Source of the DNA: Conidiobolus incongruus B7586
Taxonomy: Eukaryota
Assembly (NCBI GenBank): GCA_000697335.1
Contig: JNEM01009846.1
Coordinates: forward strand, 1-35,888
DNA length: 35,888 nt
Direction of reading: 5' to 3'
Below, piece after piece: positions 12,901-26,200 of this stretch. The notes under the pieces are model-generated. The model did not search any database, was not told the DNA's origin, and saw only the letters and a program-made list of their open reading frames with translations. A program made the position numbers and the translations under genes. Each line of letters begins with the position of its first letter. The stretch's first letter is position 1.

Positions 12901-14024
12901 TACAGGAACATCTAAAGGATCTCTTGGCATACAAATCTTGGGATAATGACCAAACATCCAGCAATTGTTTTCGTGAAAACTTTGAGATTCTAACTCCTGA
13001 AGACTTGATCAAGCGCTCTTCATTAAATACCATCCAAGCTACCGAAGAGTTTGAAAAGTCCATTGTGATACCAGGCGTTAAACAATGCTATCTCCATCCT
13101 TCAATTGCTCCACCGATTACTGTCATATCTAACAGTGTTCAATTCAACAAAACTCATCACGAAAGCTTATTCTATCCGCTCTATAGGCAATTGGCCACAG
13201 CAGATACAACCTTCGTGGATCAATATATCAGAAATTCTGATCGACTTCCATCATCATTCCAAGATGTCGAAGCCTTCTCATCAGTTCACGTTCCTAATCC
13301 CGAAAAACTTGTATTAGAATGTGGTAAACTCAAGAAACTTGATGAAATGTTGCCTAAGCTCAAGGCCGAAGGTCATCGTATTCTCATGTACTTCCAAATG
13401 ACCAAGATGATAGACATTGTGGAAGAGTATCTATCGTACCGAAAATTCTCGTACCTTCGTCTAGATGGTTCTTCCAAGATTTCCGATCGTAGAGATATGG
13501 TCAACGACTGGCAAACGTGTCCAGAACTCTTTATTTTCTTGTTAAGTACCAGAGCGGGTGGTCTTGGTATCAATTTAACAGCTGCTGATACCGTTATCTT
13601 TTACGACAGTGACTGGAATCCTACTGTGGATCAACAGGCTATGGATCGTGCCCATCGTCTTGGACAAACTCGTCAGGTCACAGTGTACAGAATGGTCACT
13701 CGTAACTCTATTGAAGAACGCATTTTGGAGCGTGCGAGGCAGAAAGATGAAATTCACAGAGTCGTTATCTCAGGTGGCGAGTACAAACCCCTCGACTTCA
13801 AGCCCAAGGAAATTGTTTCCTTGCTCTTGGATGACCAAGCACAAGAAACCACACAATCCCCTATGGTGCAAGAGACAGGGGAGTCCAAAGCCAACGATAC
13901 TAATAATGGATCAATGTCGACCCCAACTGCTAGCAACGGATCCAAGAGGTCTGTTGGAATCGATGATTTATTATCCCCCTGTAACGATATCAAAAAGGCC
14001 AAGGTTGAAGAAGTTTTCCCCTAA
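9958..14024 (+). CDS. INO80: INO80 chromatin-remodelling ATPase, 6 exons, about 1264 aa
   Basis: Exons 9958-10002, 10059-10068, 10124-10380, 10433-10816, 10870-11209 and 11266-14024. DBINO region REMLAYWKANEREER...QARKLNFLLTQTELFSHF; SNF2 motifs GILADEMGLGKTVQ, LDEAQAIKSSSS, LLTGTPIQN; large insert splitting the ATPase; STRAGGLGINLTAAD and QAMDRAHRLGQ. The first two exons are less certain. Confidence 0.95.
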
Positions 14025-14552
14025 GTTTTTAGCGTATTTGTCTTTATTTAATAATATCAAATTATTAAACATACCATTTCTTCAACCTAGTTCAACCGTT
14101 CTTTATGATATTTAAACTATACTACATTTTAATTAAAACCAAAGCAACATTTCCTATCAATTTTTATTTTATCAATATGAAATATTTAATATTATCGATA
14201 GTTAACCAACAATTAAATAAATATTGGCAATTAATATATTCGTGAAAACAACAAAGATATCTTACTAATAATATTGATTAAATTTATCTTTAAAATTTGC
14301 AAAAAATTACAAAAATAAATTCAATTATTTTTTGATAAATTTGATTTAATATTTAAGATATTGAATATATAATTAATTACTAATTTAATTTTCAAATATA
14401 TTAAATATATTATATATATTATATATACTTTAAATGGCTGCTAAGTTCAAATGATTTATAGAGCATATTGAATGATAAAAACTGAACAAAATATTAATTT
14501 CATTCTAATTGATACACTTTTGAAGAGATATTTTTGATATATATAATAATAT

Positions 14553-14588
<36 letters not shown>
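14553..14588. repeat. (AT)15 microsatellite with palindromic flanks, tac(AT)15gta
   Basis: Read directly from the sequence. Confidence 0.9.
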
Positions 14589-14589
<1 letters not shown>

Positions 14590-14761
14590 CAATACGCTGT
14601 ATTAAATTCAAATTTTAATAGTTCTTCAAACTCAACAGAGAATATATTTAAATTAAAAATATAGAGAATTATATTATAATTTAATAACAAAAATTATCAA
14701 TTTCAATCATATCAATAAACTTTAATTATATAATATTAATTATTTAGCTTATAATTACTTT

Positions 14762-15700
14762 CAAACAAGATAACTTGGATTCGGCAGGTGTAAAATATGA
14801 TCGATGTCAGTGATAATATTCAACATCAAATTCGCAGGATTGGGTTTTAGAGAACAGACAGCCACACGAATATTCAATCTCTTCAAATGATGTCTGATGT
14901 TATCGCCAATTGCTACCACCTTAATGCGATTTTCCAACAGTCAAGGATCTATTTGATCCCATGTGAAATCTATGCCAGATGGATTAAAAAAGGCCCAATT
15001 TAAATGCTTGAAATCCATCTTTGATACACTTGAACCAAATTAGTGATGTTTAAAAGTATTATAAATTCAATTTTTTTAAAATGGAATGTTGGATTCTGTG
15101 ATTTTGGTGGGTGGTGTGGGTCAAGTTTAGTCAGCTGCTAAAATAGTAAATTTTGAAGAGTCGTGATATGCTTGGTGTATTAGTCTCGAATGTAAAGAAA
15201 TAAATCATCTGCATTGTCACTCTCTCTGCCTATGAATCTGTAACATCCTATTTGTTCTAGGTTGATGTTCGTACCTTCCTAGTCGAATCTAGAGAGTTTT
15301 TTAATTGGGAAAGCAATTGATTGTATTCTAAAATATAGTGTAAGAAATGTGAAATAATTGAGTTTGTATTATATAGATATTAACATCTTTTATCGATAAT
15401 TGTTCTATCTCCATTTTCCATCCTTTCGAAGCCCTTGGACTAATAATAATGCTTCAGTAGTCCTCTAAACACAAAAACTTGATCGTGAATTCTGATAATT
15501 TGTCTATATGAACTACTCCATGAATATTGGAATAAATATTGCGTTCATTTGATATTTGTTAAATTCTTCATATTTCAATGCGTGATCTTTAAATAGTAAT
15601 ACAGCTAGTTGATTTGATGCCGTTGCTCTTAGGTTCATTTTCTCGTGCTTAAAATTGGATAATTGGGATTGGATTTATGAGGTCAATGATAAAATTATTC
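14762..15700 (-). mobile_element. Decayed coding relic, probably an LTR-retrotransposon pol (RT) fragment
   Basis: GC-raised island between convergent INO80 and NOT4. Minus-strand frames have only sparse stops, including NADDLFLYIRD*YTKHITTLQNLLF*QL...TFHFKKIEFI near 15215-15060, which resembles the YxDD...H...F...EFLG region of Ty3/Gypsy RT. Judged by eye. Confidence 0.4.
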
Positions 15701-15889
15701 AGAATATGGGAATTAATATTCTTAATTAATATTTAACTTTGATTAGATTTCTCAAAAATATCTATTATATAACAAAATATTGGATTCTAATATTTTACCA
15801 AAAATGATTTGACAATTAATTAAATATCAATGTATAAATGATGATTAGATTGATCATATAATAGCGATTTATTATCAAAAATGATATGT

Positions 15890-18800
15890 TCAAACATTAG
15901 GACAGAATAGCTTAGTATTTTCTTCCATGACCCTGAAGCACAGCATCTCTTCCATCTGTTGTTGGTATTTGGTAGCTTCAGATTTAGTATACAACAATTC
16001 TAAACCTTCTTCCAAATCAAGCCCGATAGTAGAAATGGTGCGAGCATTGTTAGTAATAAACTGAGTAGGATCTTGAGGCTGTCTGATATCCAAGAATCTC
16101 TTGATGTTAACAGGATGATCTCTTGTGGTAGGGAAAGTGGTAAAATCAAAGGAAACATGGTGAGTTGCGTCAGATTGCATCTTGGATTCAAATGGATTGG
16201 GGCCATATAACGTATTGAAGATGATTTTAACGGATCGTTCGTCTCCAAACTCAGCAGATTGTGCCGGTTTCTTTGAGTCCTTGCCATAGGGCTTGTCCAG
16301 ACCAAGATACTTGTCAAGAGAATTCCATTTACATTTATCTTTTTGAACATTGGCAATAATATCACGGTGAGCATCGACAAAAGATTTATCATCTTTGTTG
16401 TATGGATGATATAGAAGCTCGTCTACAACACTATTGAGTTGAAAACCAAGAGCTGATTGTAAATTGATAATTAGAGTATCATCAAGTTCGGGTACCTTGA
16501 TTGATGGAGGCGGATCTTGCTGGTTGTTTTTGAAATAAGGCAGACCAGAGTAAATAGGATCTTCATTAGAGAAATTAGCAAGTAGGGACGAGTCGGATTT
16601 GGCTTCAGCTTCCAATCTTGCCTTTTCTTGAGCCTTCCACTTTTTGCGCTGCTTTTTTGACATTTGGTTGAGAGTGTTAATTTCTAATTTAGCCTCCTCG
16701 CCAAATCCCAAAGGAATAATGATATTATCATCACTGGTTGGCTCAGAAGTAACATCACCAGCAGGTTGAGGAGATTCTTTAGCAATTTCTGGAATGTCTT
16801 TGGCTTTGGCTTCCTTATCAGGTTTTTCGATCACTGAATCTTTTTCATTTTTAGACTGAGTTTTTTGCTTTTTAAGTTTTTTCAATTTTTCTTTCTCTAT
16901 TTCAATCCCCTTCAATCTCTGTTTTTCTTCCTCGAGTTCCCTTTGTTTTTGGAGTTCTAGTTCTTTTAAACGTTGTTTTTCCTTCTCAAGCTGTTTCTTC
17001 TTCTCTGACTCCAATTCCTTCGAGCGTTGCCTTTCTCTTTCCTTTTCCAACTCCTTTTCTTTCTGTTTCAATTTTTTCCCCTTTTCCTTTTGCTTTTCAG
17101 CTTTAGTCAAAGCTTTTGGAGCCGAACTATTTGTTTTAATGTTAGTGGGCTCAGACTCGACAGAAGATTGAGATTTGGGTTCAGATTGAATGGGCTGTTG
17201 AGATTGTTCTGAATGAGCGTCTTTCAAAACAAGTACTTTTCTGACATTGGGAACAGAAGGTTGAACATTCAATGGAGCAGAAACAGGAATGATTTTATCA
17301 GTTGATGAAGGTTGAGATTTTGTTAAACCATTATTATTCATTTCATCAAAAGAAGATTTATATTGACTAGAAATATCAGTAACATTATCATTATTCACAG
17401 TAGGTAAAAAAGAGGAATTAGATTGAATATTAGAAATACTAGGAGTTGAAGAGGGAATTGGAACACTAGGAGACTCAAAATAGGTGGAGGAAGCGTTTAT
17501 TGAAGTGGAGCTATAAACTGGAAGATTGATTCCTGGAGGAGGCTGATGCGGAGGAAATTCAGGAATCTTTTGCTTAGGAGGAATCAAACCTGGAGGGAGA
17601 GATCCGCTGAAAAATTGTTCAAGGTTAATTGGAATTCCTTGAGTGCTGGATTTGGGATCAGCATTAGAAATATTAGAAATCAATCCAGGTGGAGCTTCAA
17701 GTTTAGTGCTGGGCTGTGCTTTAGCTTCACCGGGGAAGTTGACTAAATTGGGAGGGTGCAATCCAGGAGGCAGATTGCGAGGGGTACTAGCCCGAGCAGT
17801 AGTATTCGACTCAAAATTGGGATTGAATGGTGGTGTTTTGGAAGGTGAGGAAGTTTGAGACATATCCTGGCAAATGTTCGCCAATACATCGAGTTGAGAT
17901 TGATTATTAGATGTAGATAATTGACGAAGCTTAGGATCAAATGCATGTTTAGCAGTCTGGCTCATTGGGTGAACAAAAGGCCCGGGCTTTCTAAGAAGGC
18001 CAGGAGGTAAATTAGGTACAGAGCCAGAGCTGTGAGGTGAATCGTTAGCATGCTGATTCAATGACAATTTTTGAGTGAAATTGGATGAAGTGGTAGTATT
18101 TTCGTTGTAGAAACCTGATATCTGCAAATTAGAGTCAATAGCAGATCGGTTCGACATTCCATCGAAGTTCAGACGATTGGCTGCTGATAGTGAATGAGAT
18201 CCATGCATTTGAGAACCAGGATGACCACGAGTCAAAAGATCTGAAACGCCCAAATTGTTAAACATAGCACCTTGATTGCGACTATCCAACACTGGCCTAG
18301 CATATCCAGCAGATGAGGAAGGGAAAGGCGAAAATTGGCTTGATCCCAAACCTTCAAGAGGCTGAATAGATGAGCTGGAAAAAAGGCCAGAGTTAGGATT
18401 ACTTAAGCCGTAGGAACGGAGATTTGGATTTCCAAGCTGAGGCGAGAAAGGTGAAAAAGAAGGGCGATGTGAATTTAGTCTATTCGGGAAGCTTGGATTA
18501 AGCACTGGGTCAGGTTGAAACATGTTAGAAAATCTGGAAGATTCGCTGCCTGGAGGAGATTGCATTCGCCTGACGTTAGAAGAATCTTCATCCAACAACT
18601 TAGAAAGTCCGAAGAATGATGAGTGACCAGATTCTTGCGATAAATGGCTGGAATGAGAGATATTTTGTCTATAACCGGACAGGTCAAGATTTGGTGGGAA
18701 ATTGGAAGCAGGCTTGAATTGAGAGAAGCCAAATTGACCTTGAGGAGATTGGACAATTTTAGAATCACGCAAGGAGAGTTTAGAGATTGATGGTTGTCGA

Positions 18801-20594
18801 GAATAGAGACCTGAGGAGACTTTCGTTTCAAATGGGTTAAAGAGATTAGGCTGTGATGATGGTGGGATAGATGTTGATTTACGATCAAAGCAAAGATCTG
18901 GAATATTCTTGAACATGGGGTGAACTGAGGGAGATTCAGGTGATTTTGTAAGGGATTCAGAAACAGATGGCTGACGATCAGAATTATTCAAAAATAGCTC
19001 AAGAAGAGAAGGAGTAGCATTTTTCACACTAGTAGATTTAGTGAGAATAGGGTTGGCTTTGTCAGCTTTATCAGTAATATCTGAAGTGACTAGTTCTGGT
19101 GCTTCTACTGTCTTATTAGTGATTTCAGGTGAAGGCGGGGATGATAAAGTTTTCTGAGCAGAAATAGATTCGGGGGTATTTTCAAGGGAAGATGGAACAG
19201 ATGAAGTATTTTGACTCGAAGAATTTTGATCTTGAGATAACTTTGGAGATGATAGTGTAGATAAAGGTTCTTTTTCAGATAACTCTGGAGTTTCAGATTG
19301 GTGTAATTGCTGTGAGCTCTCACTTTGAACTTTGACAGTTTTAGAATCCGGTGGTTTCTCAGTGGATACAGAGGTGTTAGTAGGTGTTTTAGAAGATACA
19401 ATGCGAAGGGTTTTAGCTGGGAGTCTAGGTGTGTCTTGAGGTGAATGTGCGGAAAGTGATGGGAAATTAGATGGGGAGTTAGACGGTGGTGTTGAAGTCG
19501 GTGTAACACCACGACCCCAAGCCGCAGTGGCAGGCAAAGCAGATCCAAGACTCTTAGTTGAGTCCATTTTACTTGACTTTTGTTTATATTCGGGTGTGGA
19601 GCTCGGTCTATTAGTAGGACTAGAGTGACTTATAGTAGAATTTTTAGATTGATTGTTAGTATAATACCTATAAATATAATATATTAGTAAAGATATAAAT
19701 AAAATAATCTAAAATATAGATTTACAGATGGAAATCAGGTTCAAGAGATTCATCTTGAGATCCATCATTACCCAACTCATGTAAATACATACAGTTGGGA
19801 TTTGGACATTTTTCATTCTTTAGATACATGGTACAATATTTTGTGGTGCCATATTGAGCTTTGAGATGCTTGCCATCTAAGATAATATCATTCAATCCAT
19901 GGAGAGCCTCATAAGCCTCGTCTAGCGTCTCATAAGTTATATGAGCACAGCAAGTTGCGTTTGTGGTTGTTGTAGACGGCCTCTTATTAACTACACACTT
20001 GATCACTTTTCCAAATCGGGTCAGAACTCCGCATTTCTTTAAAGCTTCCTCGGAGGAATATTTAAGGGGTAAATTGGTTAAATAAATTAAATTCTTTTGT
20101 ATTACTCTCTTATTCGCTAAATTCATACGATTAGATATTACACTTGCAGAAGCTCTTTGCTTCTCTAGAGCTTTTTTATGTTGGAATCTTAAGATTAATC
20201 TAATATAAAATACATTAGTTAATTTGAAGGATTAACATAAAGAAATTATATACTCTTTAGCTCCTTCTTGATCATAAACTCTTTTGGAAGGGTCATAAGG
20301 CACTCTGCAGCCAGGGCATCTAGGGAGATCATCTTCGTTGATTCTTGAATAACAAAAACCACATAACTAAAAAGATGAAATAGATTAAAATATGTTTTGA
20401 TTGAATAGATCAATAGATTTTTGGATAGATCGCTTAAGAGAATTTTGAACAAATAGTTTAATGTATTAATATATTACCATAAATTTACACTCGCAATAAC
20501 GAGTAGCTAAATCGTCTTCTTCTAAATCTTCACAACAAATTGGGCAGATGAACTCATCATCATATTCACCAAAGTCCATTTCATTTAAACTCAT
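15890..20594 (-). CDS. NOT4: CCR4-NOT E3 ubiquitin ligase NOT4/CNOT4 (Mot2), 4 exons, about 1493 aa
   Basis: Exons 20594-20478, 20366-20254, 20199-19726 and 19667-15890 join in frame. C4C4 RING (CPIC..CEC..CGFC..CPGC), RRM starting RVIQKNLIY, YGTTKYC...CPNPNCMYLHE zinc finger, ALPATAAW motif and a long low-complexity tail. Confidence 0.93.
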
Positions 20595-21407
20595 TTTTAG
20601 ATATTTTAATAGATTAAAAATAAAATCTTATAAATAATATGAAAGAATAAGAATACACTCCTTATATAAATCAGTATCAATGAAAAAAACGTAATTCCAA
20701 ATGAGCTGATTATATAATTTAGTTTGTCCCACTAATAGTTGAATTCAATCATCATATTAAATGCGATATCATGATTTCATCAAAATTCTCACTCACGCTT
20801 TTCTATTATCCAATCATGTTCTAACATTCAATAATCAATTATTTATAAAATTCGATAAACAAATATTCCCTTTATATATTATTAAAATATATTTACTGAA
20901 AATAATATTAATTATATTCATTTCATTTTATTTTCAGTTAAATTTTTTAAAAAATTTAAAAAATTTGGAATAATCTTAATCATCCATTAAATATCAGCTA
21001 ACTTTTTTGAACACTATTAGATTTTATGATATTAAACATTAGTACAAATTTATTAATGAGTGGATAACATTTTTGCTTCAATTTATGATTGTATTAAATT
21101 TGATAAATATTATAATTATGGTTACAATGACTTTATATATATTAAGCAAACATATTCAAGCTAACAAGTAGTTTTAACATTGATCAAAATCATTCATAAC
21201 GTTGCTTAATTTTTTATGGTTGAGTTTTTACAATTTATAACAATTTAATAATCCCATAATTTAATATATTGAAATGAAGGAGATATAATTTTGATATAAT
21301 CCAATTTTTTATAATATTCAGTGTATCAAAAAGTAATAATAGAAATCTTTTGAATATAATACTAAATATAAATTCAAACAAAAAATACAGAGTATCAAAA
21401 TATTAAA

Positions 21408-22044
21408 ATGGGTAGTGATTCATCAAATCCTAATGCTGGCTTATCTTCTAAAATTCTAAAGATGAGAGTAAAACTATTATAAGGTTGCCAAAAGTATTCA
21501 CTAATAAAAATATTTAGTTTATGTCTCGAACAAGAGATGAAGAATTAAAAAGGAAATTAGATCAATTAGATAGTAATAGTGAAAGTACAGGTAGATGGAA
21601 GGTTGACCTCAGCAAATTAAATCTAGAAAAACCGTAATAATTTATCATTCAAAAATAATGTTTTGGCTAATATAAATTTATAGTAAATTAAAAGTTCAAT
21701 ACGATCACAATACAATAGATCAATTAAAGTACAAGACCGAAATATCGAACAAGTTGTCATATTTGAGTGAATCTAATCAATCAGCCGATAACCAACCTAG
21801 CAGAGTATCATTTGGTGGTTTTAACAAAAAAATAGAGGTAATAATAACTTTGATGTATTTTTATATTCAATAGTTTTAATATATATAATATTTATAGGAG
21901 GAGCTTAATGAAATTCAAGATGAAATTAATAATCAACCTCAAGTGAGTGATGAGCAGATGGCCAAAATTAAAACTGCTAACCAACCTCAATCAAATTTAA
22001 AATCTACTAAAAATAAGGGTAAAAAGAGAGCTCAACCATATTAG
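21408..22044 (+). CDS. MPP6: MPP6/MPHOSPH6-like nuclear exosome cofactor, 4 exons, about 158 aa
   Basis: Exons 21408-21467, 21518-21633, 21684-21837 and 21898-22044 (477 nt, in frame). Motifs LSSKILKMRFMSR, SRVSFGGFNKKIE and VSDEQMA match the MPP6 family as I recall it. Not in the ORF track. Confidence 0.8.
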
Positions 22045-22348
22045 TGACTAATATCATATTTTAATAAATTATTTTTCAATATTTTTTAGAAAATTAGATT
22101 ACATTTTAAATCTAGTATGTTTGTTTAATATTTGATATTTAAATATTTTTATTTTTTTCAACTATTTCATTATTGAATTTACCTTTTTTTGTAAAATTTT
22201 GGTTATAAAATTAACAATTTTGTTCAATATTCAAAATCTTTAATATTTAAATCCCATAATAATATTCAGAATAATTCTAATTTATAAACACCTACCTCCT
22301 GAATAATATAAAAAAATTAATGACATTTGAAATAATTCATTTATTTAA

Positions 22349-22863
22349 ATGGCATCAAATAAATCCCAAATATTTTCATTATACAGAAAATTAACAAATT
22401 GATCAAACATATTTTACCACCAAAAGATAAAATTATTGGAAAAACATTAATCAATGAAGCATTTCATTTACATAAAGATTTAACAGATATAAATTTGATA
22501 AATCAACAAATTGAAAGTGGTATATCCATGCAATATATTGGTTTAATATAATTCATTTACCGCAATATTATAGGTTATAATACATTAAATTTTATTTACG
22601 AGACTAAGGATAACCCAAATGGCATCAGATTTAAAATATCAAAAACTATAGGAATTTTCAAACATCAACTTAAAATTGAATATAAGTAATCTGTTTTTAG
22701 ACTTTTAGCATTAATATGCACTAATATGAGATATATTTAGGTGTTATATGTATTATATAAAATCAAACTCACTTTCCAAAAAAAAATTTGGGATATTAAA
22801 ATTGACCAATATATACAAATACTTGAGTAATTTAATGAAAAATACAATTTAGCTTTAATTTGA
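22349..22863 (+). pseudogene. Disrupted LYR-motif (LYRM-like, probably mitochondrial) gene
   Basis: MASNKSQIFSLYRKL stops at TGA 22400. The -1 frame continues KLIKHILPPKDKIIGKTLINEAFHLHKDLTDINLINQQIESG. GT-AG intron 22520-22573, then GYNTLNFIYETKDNPNGIRFKISKTI. Probable second intron 22686-22740 and a third exon. Confidence 0.65.
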
Positions 22864-23258
22864 AATAAATTTGTTAAATACAGTGATAACACCCTATAGA
22901 TTGTGTTTATATTATATACAACTTTCTATCAAAGGGAGTTACAATCCACAAACCTAGTAAATGTTTATAAATTTTATTTTAGAAGTATATATAATAAAAA
23001 AGTTGAAGGAATATTACGATTTTATTAGTATTTGGTACATAAATTTACTCTCATATATAAGCCACCATTTTATAATCCAAATATATTTTTAACATATTAT
23101 CGCTTTAATGTCAATTATATTCAGTTGGATTTAATTGGAATCATTTAAACAATAAATAATGTGAACTTAATAGGAACAACATATATAGTTTATGTATATT
23201 GGTTATAATCAAATCAGTTATACTCACTCAAAAATAAATACTTATAGCTTAAATTTAT

Positions 23259-26200
23259 TTAACTAGATTTTTTGTCATTATGCCTAGTTAATGGTTTTCT
23301 TCTACGTGTAATTGGGTGTGGTTGATTATTTCCAAATAATTGCTTGAATGCAATTTCTACGAGGTAGGCCATACCAAAATCAAAAATCAAACCTCCAATT
23401 AATTTAAGTTGGAACTAATAAATTTAATTAATAACTAAATTATTAAATAAGATATATAATAGCTTACCTCTCCTGGTAAAGGGGCCAATTGGAAGAATGC
23501 ATTCAATTCTGGGATAAATTCGGTAGCACAAGCTAAGGCAACACCAGCACAACCAGTTAATCCGTAGAAAAGAGCAGTATTTTCTCTCATACTTTCTCTC
23601 CAGGGGCGTCCCTATATTAATCAGTTAAAACAATTGAAATTAAACATTGATGGCAGTTCAACTCACTTGATAGTTCACGGCAAAAGTAGAAACTTGTAAG
23701 GTCAAAGAAATGATGAATACGGCACTATTTAAAATAGTAGGTTCATATTGCCCGTCCAAATCAACTGGCTTTTGTCTAAGTAATTTATATTAGTAATCAT
23801 TCTTCTAAATTATAATTGAATGAATCCTTACACTTCATAGGTCTTGGCTTGAGAAACGATATAAATCAAAGATACAATATGGATAGCAAATTGTCCCAAA
23901 ACAGAGCCAATCAAATAAGGATTGAATATATTGGTTTGTGGTCGTTCTTTGGCTAAGGTTTCTAAAGGCTGTATTGCAACATTAATATTTTTTGAAAATC
24001 CTCATATGATAATATATACCTTAGCTTTAGAAATACACATGAAGCAGATAGCGAGTAAAAATCCAGTCAAAGTAGCTTGACTAAATAGAAAAATTAATCA
24101 GTTATTTTTATAGGTAGGTTTCATATAACACTTACTAGTCACCATATTTAATACCATCCAGGTAGAGGACACTGAGAGAGTAAGCAGAGATTAAACAGTT
24201 CAAGGCCAAAATCTTGTACATTTGAATGGTAGCAACCAAAGTACAACGCCCCAATCGAATAATGCTGCAGACTAGATAATTTTAATATAAGTGACTGAAG
24301 CGATGATTAGATTATATAGTATAATTTACCTGATTTAATAGTAGCTAATTTGGAAGTGAAGGGAGAGGCAACAGAAGCATCACCAAATTTAATAACAGGG
24401 ACTTCATCATCCAATTCTTCCAAGAGTTGAGTTGACATACTAAGGGCATCAACTTGAGGAACAGGGCGACCATTGGCGGTGGTAGCGGGTTGGTTAGTGG
24501 GCAATCCAAGAGCTTGAGCAAGCATAGGCGGAGGAGGTGGAGGGGGCATATTGAAGCGTTGAGCCATTTGTTTTTGTTGTTCATAGAGCTTGGTCAATCT
24601 TTCAATGCGAGTCTTATAGGCGATCTTTTCCAAATCTTCAACAGTTGCATCTAATAAAGCAATGCCAACGTGGGCTTGTTTCAAAGCACCTACATCATTG
24701 GTACCGTCACCGCACATTAGAGTTGTAAGTCCAGCATGTTTCAACTCAGAAAGAATGTATTCCTTTTGTGAAGGAGAAACACGAGCATATACCCATGTAT
24801 AATTCAAGAGTTGCTTGAACAAATCAGAGTTTTCTAAGATCTTGATAGCAGGCCCAGTTAAACAGAAATCATGCTTGTCGAGAAGAGCTTGATCCATTTG
24901 ATTAGTGGTGCTTGCATCAACCTCAATAGAGATATTTTCATCAACAGATTTGAGAGTGAGGATATATTCATTATCAGGCTTAGCATCAATGATCAAAACT
25001 TCACGGTCAGTAATTTCGACTTCTTGGGCAACATGACAAGCAGTTAAAGCATTATCACCAGTGATCATAATAACACGATGGCTAGATTCATTAAGCATTT
25101 TGATGGCTTCTTTAGAGTCGGGTTTAAGAGGGTTATGGAAAATTAAAAAACCACAGAAAGTAAGACCAGACTCAGCATCTTCTCTAGGTAGCTTTTCGAT
25201 CAAGTTAGGGTTGGGTAAGTTAATGCTTTTAGCTGCCAATGAAATAACACGATTGCCCCTTCTACTGAAATACTTGTAAGCATCTTCATAACCTTGTGGA
25301 ACACTTGTTAACATAGTTTGGATGGTTTCAGGAGCACCTTTGACAGCAATAAAGTATTGATCTTTAGGAGAATTGAAAATCTTGGAGATTGTTGACATTC
25401 TCTTCAAAGCTGAGGAAAATTGGAAACGTCTCAAGATCTTAATATTATCACTTCCGTTTGATGAAAATACAGTGTCATTTTCGAATTTCCAGCCGATAGC
25501 TTCCAAAGTAGCTTTTTCCATTGGATCACCAACAATACCACCTTCAGCAATGAAAGCTAAAGCATGAGCAGCAGCCAATACATTTTCTGTAACTCTGGGG
25601 GACTCCTTAGGGTCAATCAGTTCCTTCAAATTATTCTTGTTAACACCAGCAATACCCTCAACGACTAGATTTTCACTAGTCAAGGTACCAGTTTTATCAA
25701 AGCAGCAAATATCGACTTTTCCAGCAAATGGGATACGGAAAGGTTCTGTACAGTAAATGTACTCTTTGGCTAAAGCTACTAAGGAGTTATTTACAGCCAA
25801 TGAAAGCTCCATGGGAAGTTCAGGAGGAACGACAGATGTAATAATCAAAATACAGTCCAAAACCAACTTGTAGCGAGATCTGAGGTTGTTCTTAGTACCT
25901 TCAATCCATACGTAAGCAGAAGCAGCAATGGCGAAGATTAGTAAGAATAAAATAAATAAAAGAGCTTCCAAATTGTTAGCAGATACTCTTTCAGTACTGT
26001 AAACCATGGTACGAACCAATTCACCCTACAATTTCAATAAATACAAATTTAAAATTGATTTTTAAAAAAATAATTTACTTGAGAAGTACCGAAACCAGTC
26101 TTGAGAACATAACCAATAGATCCACCATCGGGAGCTATTTCGACGAATAATTAGATTTATGAGAATTAGAATAAATAATAGATTCTGATTACCATTGAAG

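Noticed and set aside
13609..14115. 168-aa alternative-frame ORF over the INO80 3' end, plus other ORFs nested in INO80, NOT4 and SPF1
   Set aside because: Shadow ORFs of long coding exons with no independent motifs.
14797..15045. Plus-strand reading resembling a LINE RT (GF..., FKCLKSIFDTL)
   Set aside because: The motifs lie in different frames with poor spacing; the minus-strand reading is more open and more coherent.
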